Shown: positions 11,600 through 24,129 of the stretch, piece after piece
Numbering within the stretch: position 1 is the first letter of the stretch
Layout of the letters: every line of letters begins with the position of its first letter
Origin: Octopus bimaculoides
Lineage: Eukaryota
Assembly: GCF_001194135.2 (NCBI RefSeq)
Contig: NC_068998.1
Coordinates: 37,392,811 to 37,433,675, forward strand
DNA: 40,865 nucleotides
Direction: 5' to 3'
Made by a program: the position numbers and the translations under genes
Notes under the pieces: model-generated
Seen by the model: only the letters and a program-made list of their open reading frames with translations
Told to the model about the DNA's origin: nothing
Databases searched by the model: none

Positions 11600-12400
11600 T
11601 ACGAAAGGTTTGTTTGTGCATTACTCCAATAGTATGGAGGGTCAATGGTGGTATCCTTGTAACTGAAAAACTTCAGAATATAATGAAAACATTATATACA
11701 GTTTCTTTGAACTTCTCCGAAGAACTTCTAATTCATAAAATCTGTAATTGGGAGAAACTTTGTTACAGTTTGGCTTGATTATAAAAAAGCATTCAATTCC
11801 ATTTTAGTAAGTCACAAGTTCTAGAGACCTATCACTTATTAAAGTTCCAAAGACCATATTTAGGACCATAAACAATTTTGCTTCATCATGTGCAACCATA
11901 TTGAAGTTAAATACTGGAAGTGAGTGTATTTTTACTGATAGAACAAAGGGTTGCAAGAAGACAGTTTCCGTTTGATACTTTTATACTTTAATTTTATTCC
12001 TTATCTTTTTTGTGGAGGAAATCTGAAAAGTACGCTATTGGTTCATAGAAAGGTAGTACTATTCTAAAATGTGGCATCTTTGTAGATGATATGAAAATAT
12101 ATCTCAATAATATGGATGTGATCAGAAATCCTGATTTGGTTACGAGATTCTCAAAATATAAAAGGATGAAGCAGGGCCTCGTTAAATGTTCCAGGTTGTA
12201 AAACGAGGGAACTACATGCTAGCCTAGCAAAATCTCTATCAATGGCCTCACTTTATCTGCAATATTTGATGAAGAACGCTATAGATATGCTATCGTAACG
12301 GATGCAGTGTATCTTCTAATGAAACTTGAAACAAAGAACCCGTGTACAGCGAATGTAGCACCTCAATAAAAATATCATCATTCTTAGAACTAATCGCTTA
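11600..12400 (+). mobile_element. Old R4/Dong-type LINE RT fragment
   Basis: Frames give EELLIHK, GRNFVTVWLDYKKAFNS, LQEDSF.LILFIL, FVDDMKIY and GLVKCS, i.e. RT domains 2-7 with an MDD-type catalytic motif. Confidence 0.75.
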
Positions 12401-12408
12401 CCACTAAT

Positions 12409-12450
12409 ATACAGGGTGGGTCAAAAGTCACGCACCAAAACTTGACAGTC
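12409..12450 (+). mobile_element. Isolated Tc1/mariner TIR-like end
   Basis: TA|CAGGGTGGGTCAAAAGTCAC resembles the TIR at 19812; no partner found. Confidence 0.4.
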
Positions 12451-12454
12451 TATT

Positions 12455-12490
12455 TATATTTTTATTATTATTATTTGTTGTTGTTATCAA

Positions 12491-12559
<69 letters not shown>

Positions 12560-12584
12560 CATCATTATTGTTATTATTACTATT
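12455..12584. repeat. (ATT)n microsatellite
   Basis: Direct. Confidence 0.97.
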
Positions 12585-12950
12585 GTGTGAAAGAGTAATG
12601 CATACCATCAAAGTGACACTGGAGTACAAATACATGAAGCACAATATACAATGAGGGTTGTTTAAGGATGACAAGCGAAACACCCATATTTTCAGAGGTG
12701 AATTATTCAGACTCCAAAGATTTCCTCTCAAAACATGGCTATGATGCTCCCCCACTACTTCTGCTCATGATCAGGGATGCACATATCGTCAGCCACTAAG
12801 GGACATGTCCAACTGGTTATGGTCAAGCAACTGACAACTTTGTAATATTGAGCAGAATATTTGCTGTAGCCCATCTTTTATACCAAGACAAAACAATAAG
12901 TTAAGATCAAAAGCCATGAGAGCCACTGCCTGGTATTGTGTCAGAGCATT
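12585..12950. mobile_element. Family D non-coding interspersed element, internally deleted copy
   Basis: Colinear with 30971-31504 apart from a central deletion; preceded by (ATT)n. Confidence 0.85.
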
Positions 12951-12951
12951 A

Positions 12952-13828
12952 ATCAGGTTATCCCATAAGTAATGTTCGGATTTTGATAAGGAAAACAAGT
13001 GATCAAATTTTACATTTTAGTGAAAGTTAATCGTCAATATAGTTTCCATGATTTTCTGAGATCTTTCCATCTATTCGTAAGCTTTTTAATCCCATTAGTG
13101 AAAACCTTTTTCGAAGAGAAGAACCCTGAAAGGTCAGTTTCGACTTCCCTGGTGGTTTCGAGAGTTAATCTATCCAAATGAATCTGTAAACTACGGAACA
13201 AATAGCAATCTAAAGGAACAAGGTATTAGGAATAAAGCGGATGAGCAATTTTCTCCTAGTCAAGTTTCTTGATCTTCTGTGACGTGATATTTGCAGTGTG
13301 TGGTCTTGCATTGTCTTGGTGAAATACCACTCCCTTTCGATTCACAAAAGCAGGCCTTTTTTCTTCAAAGTAGCGTTCAAACGTTTTAATTTCTAACAGT
13401 AGATTTAAACATTGATTGTTGCATTAGTTGGCGGCAACTCGAAATGGACGACTCCTTAGCAATCCAACCAAACAGAGAGAAAAACCGTCTTCGGATAGAG
13501 TTACCTTTTCAGTTGTGGTTGGGCCTTTTCCCCTACACCAAGCCAATGTCTACGGCGCTTAGCATTTTGATACATGACTCATTTTTCATCACTGGTCACC
13601 AGTGTGTCCAAAAATGGTGAGATAAGTTCACGAGGACGAAGAGGAGAGCAGATGTCCACTCGGAATTTGCAGTTGGCTTCAGACAAAGCATGAGACACAC
13701 ATTTTCTAAGTTTTGAGACCTTTCACAGTTGCTGAGGATGGTGGTGAATAGTTGCATGGCTTGAACAAAGCTTATTTGCCAGTTCTTCAGCTGGAACTGC
13801 ATGATCTTTTCCAAGTTCTGCCAAAAGG
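12952..13828 (-). mobile_element. mariner (DD34D) transposon, 5'-truncated pseudogene with 3' TIR
   Basis: Minus-strand translation gives FLDTLVTSDEK, GVVHFE, KKRPAFVNRKGVVFHQDNARPHTA and YLFRSLQ; TIR ATCAGGTTATCCCATAAGTAATG follows TA at 12950-12951. Confidence 0.88.
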
Positions 13829-13879
13829 AATAAAGAACCCGTGTCTAGGGGATGTAACACCTCGATAAAAACATCATCA

Positions 13880-14213
13880 TCCTGAATAAGGGTCGTTTAA
13901 GGATGTTGAACGAAACACCCATGTTTCCAGAGGTGAATCATCCAAACCCCAAAGAATTCCTCTCAACACATGGCTATGATTCTCCCCCACTACTTCTGCT
14001 CATGATCAGAGATGCACATATTGTCAGCCACTAAGAGGCATGTTCAACTGGTTAAGGTCAAACAACTAACAAGCAAATCTGTAGTATTGAGCAGAATATT
14101 TGTTGTAGCCCATCTTTTATACCAAGGCAATTCATTGTACATGATAACACTTCCAATCAGTTAAGATAAAAATAAGAAGCTATGAGACCCACTGACTGGT
14201 ACCGCATCAGGGC

Positions 14214-14217
<4 letters not shown>
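13880..14217. mobile_element. Family D element, partial copy
   Basis: Colinear with about 31175-31504; followed by (ATT)n. Confidence 0.88.

Positions 14218-14277
<60 letters not shown>
14217..14277. repeat. (ATT)n microsatellite
   Basis: Direct. Confidence 0.97.
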
Positions 14278-14280
<3 letters not shown>

Positions 14281-15579
14281 TGCATAATATATTACATGAG
14301 TTTAAATTTGGTTCGTGACTTTTGACTTCACACTGTATTTGAAATACCAAAACTCACATTCCAATACTTGGACGATAAATCAGATTTTGCCCTTAATGCT
14401 AAAACACTGAAACTTGTCAGCAGCACCAGAAATTCCTACAACAACAGTGACAGAGAACAATCCTTTCTAACAAAAGGGCAAACAAGGAGGCCGTGCCTTA
14501 ACACTAATTTGAAAAGACTTTCACAATCCTTTCAAATCTATTCGGCAGTATATACAAATCACTGAAAGTCAAACTGTGTTCATTCAGCAAGTAAGCAAAA
14601 TCAATGCAAAGACAAAGATTTTGAAAGGAGCTCCTCTTAATGACCAAAGAAATACACCCTAGCAATTTGCATACTTCTATCGCAAAACAATATCAAATGC
14701 AAGGTTTTCTCTTTATCTGTAAAAGATTATGGGTGGTTATAACGTCAGAGAGTTTAAATATGACAGTCGCATAGATAACCAAAGTAGTTTGTCTCGGACT
14801 AAAAGCTTGTTCAAAAGATATATTAGTTCTTACTCAGCAAAGTGTGGTTTTGTTATCCGGAAAATGAAAATAACAATGAAATACTTGATACACAAGAACA
14901 TAATAAGGATTCAGGTAATAGAGATCGATGTGACAACTGATGGAGACTGTTAGAATTAACAATGAAAATATCTACTACATTATAAGTAGCTGTCAAAAAT
15001 GACATCCCGATACTAGTTACGAGGTATGGTGTTTTGGTTAGAGAACATTATGCAATGTAATCCAACTACCTCGTTGATGTTGTTTAAATTCCAATGAAAG
15101 AAGCTTGATTCTAGATTAGAAACTAGTTCAGAAAATAAAACCAGAATAGATAAACACATGCAAGCTACATGTATGCATACATACATGATGACTGCAACTC
15201 AGTTTCGAGTAATGCCATCGCTTGAAGGTTCACTTTGGCTTTTCAGTCCCGGTAATAGCTTACACGCTTTTGTACAGATGTAGCGAAGATGGACACCTCA
15301 TGAGTTAGTTGTTATAATAACGTCTTGGTGGACCTTCATACAGTAATTCAGTTCGCCCCCTTACGCACATACTTTTCCACATTGATTGCAAGTAGAGACG
15401 CCGTTGAATGCACAGTTAACAACTTCCCTGTGTGTGTGTGGCTTCTCTGACGAGTTTTAAGGCTCTCCTTATTTGGACAAAACACGCCCATATTCGTAAT
15501 TTATTAAATTGGGTTGTGCTCCATTACACACAGGCAAATTCATATACATTTACTACATTTATTCATGCATACATATATG

Positions 15580-15592
15580 CCTATATATATAA

Positions 15593-15653
<61 letters not shown>

Positions 15654-15726
15654 CGTGTGTGTGTGTATGTGTATGCGTGTGCGAGTATGTGCTTGTGCAT
15701 GTATATGTATATATACTTATATATAA

Positions 15727-15769
<43 letters not shown>

Positions 15770-15772
15770 GAC
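15580..15772. repeat. (TG)n and (TA)n microsatellites
   Basis: Direct. Confidence 0.95.
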
Positions 15773-16110
15773 ATGTTGATCTTTTACAAATACAAAAATC
15801 ACGAAATAACTACGAAATACATAGTAAAAAAATGAAGACAGTGAAGATAATCAAAAACGTCAATTTGAATAGATTTCTGTGGAAAATATTTGATATTCAG
15901 CTGCCCCAAAATGTCATCAGGTAACTAAGTTCTATTGTTGCATGATGCCATTGTTTAAATAAACATACAATCCCAACAGCGAGAAAGACTGCCTTGGGAT
16001 AAATATGGAGACTACATTGGTAAATGAATACTTAAATATCGACCGAAGATAAGCAGGTGGAACATCTCCAAGAAAATATCAGCTATTTTCTAAAATAAAA
16101 AGATAGATAT

Positions 16111-16215
16111 CTTTCAATTTTTACTTGTTGCAGTTATCGGATTGCAGCCATGCTGGAGCATTCTCTTGAAACGTATTAGTCGAGAAGATCAGCCCCAGTA
16201 CATATTTTAGTAAGG
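16111..16215 (-). mobile_element. SINE family C, 3' fragment
   Basis: TTTTACTTGTTGCAG..TGCAGCCATGCTGGAGCA is the reverse complement of the family C 3' end. Confidence 0.65.
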
Positions 16216-16300
16216 GTTGCTGCCGACTATTTTCTGTCTATAGGAATATTTTTACGCGGTTTTCTAAAGCTATTTTCAAAGTTATTATCTTGCATTTGGT

Positions 16301-16677
16301 GGAGGTGCAATGGCCCAGTGGTTAGGGCAGCGGATTCGCGGTCGTGGGATCATGGTTTCGATTCTCAGACCGGGCGTTGTGAGTGTTTATTGAGCGAAAA
16401 CACCTAAAGCTCCACAAGGCTCCGGCAGGGGGTGGTGGTGAACCCTGCTGTACTCTTCCACCACAACTTTCTCACTCTTACTTCCTGTTTCTGTTGTGCC
16501 TGATTCAAAAGGTCAGACTTGTCACACTGTGTCATGCTGAATTTCCCCGAGAACTACGTTAAGGGTACACGTGTCTGTGGAGTGATCAGTCACTTGCACG
16601 TTAATTTCACCAGCAGGCTGTTCCGTTGATCGGATCAACTGGAACCCTCGACGTCGTAAGCGACAGAGTGCCAACAA
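16301..16677 (+). mobile_element. SINE family B, full length
   Basis: Colinear with 10167-10543. Confidence 0.92.
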
Positions 16678-16722
16678 TCTTGCATTTGATACTTTGATAT
16701 GTGTGTGTGTTTGTACATACAT

Positions 16723-16830
16723 ACATGCCGGGCTTCCACACAGTTTCTGTCTACCAAATTCACGCATCGGTGAGATTGAACCCTAACCCACGTGGTTTCT
16801 AAGTGAGCTTCTGAACCACACAGCCGAATC
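16723..16830 (-). mobile_element. SINE family C, deleted 5' fragment
   Basis: CAGTTTCTGTCTACCAAATTCAC and GAGCTTCTGAACCACACAGCC match the family C head in reverse. Confidence 0.6.
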
Positions 16831-17611
16831 TGCGACTGATATAGACGTGCCAGGCAAGAAAAGAAAACTCATGAAATGTCTGAGAAGTCAGCTGCACTGC
16901 GGACGTAAGTATTTCGTCCACAATTAGTTACAAAGAGAATATTTATACACAACCACTGCAGATTATTTATTCACATTTATACAGATAATTACTGCAGCTG
17001 CTCTTGGCTGTTTGCAAATATTTAAGTGATTATCTCGAAAAGCTTGTGTTTTCAGGCAAAGTGACCAGCTAACATGCACTTTGCATATATAATCTTCCCC
17101 AATTGTTGGTGTCTGGAAGTTCGTCCACCCACTCACTAATTATCGAGCGAACGCATAACTAACATTAATCAACTTCTACTCAAAAGACAGTCTTGTATGT
17201 TGCTGAATATTCAGTGAAGTTCTGACTCTCTATATGTAATATATTGCTCCAAGCCAAGTATACTGGTCAAGCGTACTTTTAGAGAAAGTTATCATCAAGT
17301 AGACACTTGGTATGCTCGAAAATGCAGCTAAAGTCAACTTAGTATCTTCAAAAGGGAGGGAGAGTTGGATATTGCATTCCTATAAGCACTATGCAGGAAA
17401 AAAAAGATGGTTTAGTTACAAATGGAATAGCATTAATCATATATATTTCACGGTCAGAACTGAACCTCATACAAATCAACATTATATCGTCTGTAAGTCA
17501 GAAGGAAAACATCTAAACGGTAAATTGTGCAACCTGCTAAAACTGGTATCCAATTTTCATCCAATTTTCCCTTAAACCTCTACACATACATGAGGATTTT
17601 ATAAGGTAGGT

Positions 17612-18090
17612 AATAATTTATTCTTTTATTAGCCACAAGGGTTCACATACAAAAACATTAAATGACTTACAACAACATAAAAGACAAAAACAGGACAATA
17701 CAATGGGTTTTATAGCGTGTAAATAGTATAAATAACAATAAAGAAATTAAACAAATTAAAACTCCCAATAGAGGAAGCGCTTTAAGGTCCCCGTTGAAAA
17801 ACTCACAAAAGCCATGGATGCCTCAACAACAGAGCAAGAGCCCTTCTCCTTTAATTCCCTTTTTATAGGTGCACGCTCAAAATTGGTCCTTTCACACGGG
17901 CCATTCTTCCAACATTCACCCACCTTTCAACAAATTTGCTACAAAGCAACACTTCCCTCTCCACCCTCAACTTCCTTTCAAGTGAAACTTGAAAAAGTTA
18001 ATGAGGGCTTGGCCAAAGAGGAAAGTGTCTGTCTTCAGCCCTTTCAAACGGGTCCACCATACTACCTCTTTCGCAGCAGCTACTAGACAT
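17612..18090 (-). mobile_element. Tx1/L1-type LINE 3' end (ORF2 C-terminus plus 3' UTR)
   Basis: Minus strand reads LVAAAKEVVWWTRLKGLKTDTFLFGQALINFFKFHLK..LRVEREVL..KFVERWVNVGRMARVKGPILSVHL*, then a T-rich UTR; resembles 30360-30590. Confidence 0.65.
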
Positions 18091-18429
18091 ATAAGGTAGT
18101 TAATAATGAATGCAGAGATACCTTGTATAAAACACAGATATGCATTGTATGAAAAAAAGACAAGAGACTTCTAGTTGAAACGCCTTTGAATATTGTTCAT
18201 TGGTGGAAGCTGAATAGAGTGAAGTGATAACAACAGTTAGAGAATGCGATGCCTGGACATTAAATAGAGCTACCGATTTTCTAACAATTGATATGCATGA
18301 AGGAAGTTTTGTGGTTGCACACCGTGGAAACTTCTAGGTTACGAGTAGCAGGAGCGGTTTCAATAAAGTACAGCACTTAAGGTTTCTTACAGAATACTCC
18401 TCAAAATTGTTGCCCAATAACAAATCTCT

Positions 18430-18461
18430 GTGTGTATGCTCGTATGTGTGCGTGTGTGTGT

Positions 18462-18493
<32 letters not shown>

Positions 18494-18730
18494 CTGTGTG
18501 CGCGCGCGCGCGTGCATTTGTGTCTATGTTTATGTCCCTCCCCATCATCGCTTGACAACCGATGTTGACGCGCGTACGTCCCCGTAACCTGGCGGTTCGG
18601 CTACAAAGACCGATAGAATTAATGCTAGGCTTACAGAGAAGTCTTGGGGTCGTTTTCTTCGACTAAAATATCTAAGATTGTGCCCCTGCATGGCCGCAAT
18701 CAAAATGACTGAAACAAGTAAAAGAATAAA
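18430..18730 (+). mobile_element. SINE family C 3' half preceded by (TG)n(CG)n
   Basis: CATCGCTTGACAACCGATG..ATGACTGAAACAAGTAAAAGA. Confidence 0.82.
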
Positions 18731-19811
18731 ATAATATACACAAATGAACAACATACATCTATGATAACAAGATTTCACAGTATTAACTCCTACTGGAAGA
18801 ACAAACGGTTAAATACAGAGTAAGATACCTAACTTAATGAGAAGCTCAGAAGCGAGCTTTTAATCAACTGCTGTGACACAATGAGAAAAAATGCACTTAA
18901 CTATATGGTCTTCATAAGAAGACATCCCAAAGAAATTTCTCAGCGTCATTATTTTCCATTACTTAACCACTAACTTCACGCAGAATATGTCCTCTCAGAC
19001 ATAGCTATGTCAGTTGAGGGTAAATAAGATCGATATATGTCGAGAGCTTTCATCGAAATTACCAAATATCAGAGATACTCTCCATTCTTCATTTAATTTC
19101 TTTTCATATTGACTTCTTTGCTACTGCTTGTATTCATCGTCATAAATATTCGTTAGCTTAAGATTTTTCTTTTCCTTACAGATCTAATTATATGCGGTTA
19201 ACTGATCTGTTTTATTCTTAACTTAAATATGTTAGACTACTCTTCGCTACAATAATGATTGATTCACTGCTTTTCTGTAAATAATACTTTAATATATAAC
19301 GTTATTTAGTTCCTAGCCTTTCCCACTTAAGCAAAATTACAGTTGACCACGACAATGGATCGAATTTCAAACTTTACTATTCAGCAGTAACTGACATCAA
19401 TTATGAGTAGAATTGTAACCAGGGAGACATCTTCGATTTTATCAAAGCAGATTAACATAACTACACTCGATTAGCTATTGTTTCTAAAGCGATCTTTTGC
19501 GACGAAGATGTTATAATCCATTTGGCTTAGAGTGAAAACATATCTTATAACTTTCTGCCGATTCATTTATCAAAGAATACTTAAATTCTTTATTCATTTG
19601 TAATTGTATGTTCATGACACACACCTATATGTATACACACATGCGCTCAGGATACACATACGTATGTGTATACATAGATGCACGTGTGTGTGCGCGTGTG
19701 TATTAACACATACGTATGTACATATATATATATACGTATATACACACATATGTATGTACATGTGTGTTTGGATGTATTAAATATAGATTCATGTAAACAT
19801 GCATACAAATA

Positions 19812-20717
19812 CATGGGTGGGCCAAAATTAGTGCCCCAGCTTGAGCTTTTGACAATATACATGAAATGTAATGAAAATGGAAAAAAAAATGCACATGTAA
19901 TACACCCACAAGTTTTCTGTGAAACACGAAGAGAACATCAATTTGAGAAGTTATTCAAAGTGACAGCCATTCGTTGCTATGCACCTCTCGTAACACCTGG
20001 CCAAACTGGCGAATGTATTTCGACACATTTGTTCGCAAAGTTGACTGTGACATACAGTTACTTGTTCTTCCAATTGGTTCAAATTATGGATCGTTTCCTT
20101 CTAGACTTGTTCTCTGAAGTATTCCCAGAGTAAAAAGTCACACAGAGTTAAATCCGGAGACCTTGTTGGATATTCAGAAAAGCTGCCGCGTTGTCCTATC
20201 CATCGATTTCCTAGATGCTGATCGAAGAAGTTTCTTACACGTTTGTCATAATGAGGAAGTGATCCATCTTGCACAAAGATTTTGGAATGACGGTATCGAA
20301 AATACGGCCAGATGATGTTTTCACACAACGCCAGCTAACGATCACCATTCATCGTCTCTCGTTGAATATAAAATGCACAAATTCCTGAAGACGATATCGC
20401 CGCCCAAATCACAAGAGAAGCTGAATTGACATGCTTTTCCCAAACCACTTCAGAGTCACCTTCTGAATAACAGAAGCAGTTATGGCGGTTGATGTGACTG
20501 AAAACATGGAAAGTTGCTTCATGAGAGCAAATGTGTCGATCAAAAAATCTGGAATCTCTGGGTTCTGCCAGCATTTTCTCACAAAATTCGACATGTCGAA
20601 TAATCAATCACATATAGAAATAATCAATGACATAATAACAGCATGCCTCAAGAATCTACAGAACTAATAGACACACAATTGGGACACATAAAGTTGAGGC
20701 ACTAATTTTGGTCCACC

Positions 20718-20720
<3 letters not shown>
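19812..20720 (-). mobile_element. Tc1/mariner DD41D (rosa/Visitor)-like element, internally deleted, both TIRs present
   Basis: TIRs CATGGGTGGGCCAAAATTAGTGCCCCAGCTT and the reverse complement of AAGTTGAGGCACTAATTTTGGTCCACCCTA. Transposase remnant HEATFHVFSHINRHNC..FVQDGSLPH..NRWIGQRG..PTRSPDLTLCDFLLW; 42 residues counted between the second and third Asp. Confidence 0.85.
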
Positions 20721-20749
<29 letters not shown>

Positions 20750-20979
20750 TTATCTAATTTAAATGAAAAGTCTTTTTAAAAACATATTTGTATAGTATTC
20801 AAATACCAGGGGCATTTTCCTTGTTTCTGTCTGTCTCTGTTTCTTTTCATGTAAATTTGCCAAAATTCAATTTTTCCAAAATTTCTTATCCATATTTACT
20901 GTTGAAAAGATCTCAAGGATCGAAACTGGTACTGAAATGTTTTTTATAAAAGTATTTTAGCATTTTCTACCTTGTCTTT

Positions 20980-21176
20980 NNNNNNNNNNNNNNNNNNNNN
21001 NNNNNNNNNNNNNNNNNNNNNNNNNNNNNNNNNNNNNNNNNNNNNNNNNNNNNNNNNNNNNNNNNNNNNNNNNNNNNNNNNNNNNNNNNNNNNNNNNNNN
21101 NNNNNNNNNNNNNNNNNNNNNNNNNNNNNNNNNNNNNNNNNNNNNNNNNNNNNNNNNNNNNNNNNNNNNNNNNNNN
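20980..21176. other. Assembly gap (N run). Further gaps: 27755-27764, 29943-30359, 32404-33204, 33905-34052, 39630-40054
   Basis: Direct; most gaps abut (TA)n/(TG)n arrays or repeats. Confidence 1.
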
Positions 21177-21607
21177 ATATATATATATATATATATATAT
21201 ATGTCTGTATATGTATATGTATATGTATATAGATAGATAGATATAGATAGATAAGCTTACACATCTAACAGTCCTTTGTGGAGTATATATACATGTGTGT
21301 AGTGTTTTGTGTATGTGTGCGCGCGTGTATATGTACGTATATACATAGATAATTACAAGAGTAACAATTCATGTGATTAAACCAGCCACGAGTATAAAAA
21401 CTTAATAAGTTCCATAACGAAGTCACCCTTTATCTAACGCACGGCAAAACAATCTCACGATGGAATTAATACTTCACGGACAAAGAACCCACTACTAATG
21501 ACATCTATTCAAGACATCAAAACAAAAACTGTCTCATAAAACTGTTTACAGTTTCTTTTTGAAATTCAAATGTTTTGTAAAATCAATCTGTAACTCATAC
21601 ACCCATA

Positions 21608-21711
21608 CTAACACACACACACACACACACATACACATATATATATATATATATATATGTATATAAGTATGTCAGTGTGTGTAATTGCGATTTGTGTGCA
21701 CATATTTACAC

Positions 21712-21750
<39 letters not shown>

Positions 21751-21787
21751 CACACAAACACACACACGCGCGCGCGCGCACGCACAT

Positions 21788-21828
<41 letters not shown>
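21608..21828. repeat. (CA)n/(TA)n/(CG)n compound microsatellite
   Basis: Direct. Confidence 0.93.
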
Positions 21829-21829
<1 letters not shown>

Positions 21830-21831
<2 letters not shown>

Positions 21832-22035
21832 TCTTTTATTTTTTTACTTGTCTCAGTCATTTGACTGCGGCCATGCTGGAGCACCGCCTTTGGTCGAACA
21901 AATCGACCCCAGAACATATTCTTTGTAAGCGTAGTACTTGTTCTATCACTCTCTTTTGCCGAACCGCTTAGTTACGGAGACATAAACACACCAACATCTG
22001 TCTCAAGTGATGGTGTGGGGTCAAACACAGACACA
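21830..22035 (-). mobile_element. SINE family C 3' half
   Basis: TTTTACTTGTCTCAGTCATTTGACTGCGGCCATGCTGGAGCACCGCC..GAACCGCTTAGTTACGG. Confidence 0.85.
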
Positions 22036-22124
22036 TACATATGTATATATCATTCATATGTATATATCCTTCATATGTATATATCATTCACACACTATCG
22101 TGTATGAATAATATTCTTAATGTC

Positions 22125-23990
22125 ATCTCGCAGAAACCGTCAGAAGAGTGTGACAGGATATTAAAATTAAGGCACGACACGGAAGAAATTCAACGGAAAG
22201 AGTGTTTTCACATAAAGCAAAAAAGTCGGAAGACAAATAAAGTGTTGCAGGAAAAACTGAAAAAATAAGGGTATGTAGACGCATGTATGGAATGTGGTTG
22301 CATGCACCTGAAAAAAGAATGTCGGTATAAAAAGTGTTTTCGCTGCGGGTTTATAGGAGATATGAAATCGTACTGTAAAAGTAGAATGATAGGAAAATGA
22401 AACAAAGAAAAAAAATAAATAGTTTGTCAGCAGAAAATGTTGTGACTACAACAAACAGAAAATTCGTGAATGGGAAAATGAAAATACTAGTGTCAGAATG
22501 CTATTATAGTCGGGAAGCGATATCACACTCATAAATAAAAAAAAAGCATGCAAACAAATGGGAAAAACAAAAATTATGTAGTTCAAACAAAATAGCGTGC
22601 AGTGTTACGGGAAGAAAATTTTATTTCATGGGCGAACGTGTTTGTAGTATAATGTTCAAAGGTCGAACCAAAAATGTGAATGTTTATGTGATGAAAAAAA
22701 TCCATGAATTTATTTGGAACCGAATGTATGGAGAAATTTAATGTATTGGATGCACCCGTAAGCGCTTCGTGTAATAGCGTAAACGCAGTAGTCAAATGGT
22801 CGAAAGAGGTCGATGAAGTGAAACAAAAAAAGTGATGTGGAACATCGTGTCGTGCGTGAACTACCAGTAACTTTGGAAGAAATAAAAAGAAATGCGAGAA
22901 ATGACAAACTTTTTAATGGGACAAAACGAACACTGTGGTCGACAAAACGAAATATAAAAGGTCTGATACAAAGAACCGCCAAGATATGAACGTGTACTAT
23001 ATATGTGAAAGTGTACAAATATACGATCAGAGGCTGGTCATATCACAGACATTAAAGAAAAGAATGGTGAGTTTTATGTGGGACATCTGGGCATCTCTAG
23101 AATGAAAGCGCTGCTGCGAAGTTTCGTATACTGGCCAAGTCGAACGTTTCGTGGACACTTTTAAGAGAGCTTTAAAGAAGGCTAATAAAGCCACGAACGA
23201 GGTCTCGATCCAACAATTCTTAAGGGTATGCAGGGTAGCTCCGAACCCAAATGTTCCAGAAGGAAGTTCACCAGCAGAATTAATGCTTGCCAGAAAGGTG
23301 AAGTAAGTATTCAATTAATTGTTACCAGTGAAGAAAAAATACGTGCTAGTAAAGACATGCCAAAATTCTTTAGAATCGGTGATTTGGTATATGTAAGAAC
23401 GTACAAAAATGGCAATCAATACTGGGAAGAAGGAGAAATTGTAGCATACATAGCAGGAATGATGAATGGTGTGAAAAGCAGAAATGGAATGGAAAGGAGA
23501 CATAGAAATCAGATTCAGGAAAGAGTCATAGAAAAGGAATCAAATAGAGTAGAAATACCGATGGATTGGCTATATGACACTTTTTAGGTTCCAACATCGT
23601 TACAGGAAGTCGAAACCACACGTACAAAGAAAAGGAAGAACAATAAATTCCTAAAAATAGACCCTAAGAAGAAAAGATATTGAGCATGCGTGTGTGTGCG
23701 CGCGCGCAAAGGAGGACGTAGAATGAATAAAAGAAATTGATTGTAAATAAAAAATTAAAAGGGGAGGTGTTGTTTTGTGAAAATATACACCCCTCCCAGT
23801 AAAATGTGGTAGGAGTTAGCCATTATAAGTAGACCAGTAGCCGGTCGACAAGAGATCAGGAAGGCCAAGGAAGACAGAAGGTCGAGAGTACGTGTAAACT
23901 ATGCTGATAGTCGTGTCTGTGCTGATATAGTAATTATACTGCGATACTGAGTGGACGTTAAAACGATCCAACCTTTTGAGGATAATAACA
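22125..23990 (+). mobile_element. Ty3/Gypsy LTR retrotransposon deletion derivative: gag end, protease, integrase N- and C-terminal parts, PPT, 3' LTR
   Basis: Gag knuckles CMECGCMHLKKEC and CFRCGFIGDMKSYC (22284-22376); protease LL*SGSDITLIN; integrase GHLGISRMKALLRSFVYWP, VERFVDTFKRALKK, SPAELM and FRIGDLVYVR; PPT AAAAGGGGAGG at 23757-23767. Confidence 0.9.
23768..23990 (+). repeat. 3' LTR of the Gypsy element
   Basis: Starts TGTTG directly after the PPT and plausibly ends ATAATAACA at 23990. The 3' boundary is inferred because no 5' LTR is present for comparison. Confidence 0.65.
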
Positions 23991-24129
23991 CTGTACGAAT
24001 GGGGATCGTACAGTGCTAGATATAAACATTCTACCGACGATTTAGGAATATAACAATATCTGTCAGAGTGACAACCGTTGTCAAAAGACAGGTATAACAG
24101 TGGTAAAAGACCGCTTTACAACAAAATCT

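Noticed and set aside
17230-17400. YTGQ/VIYC resemblance to a GIY-YIG (Penelope) endonuclease
   Set aside because: The motifs fall in different frames and the R..EH signature is absent.
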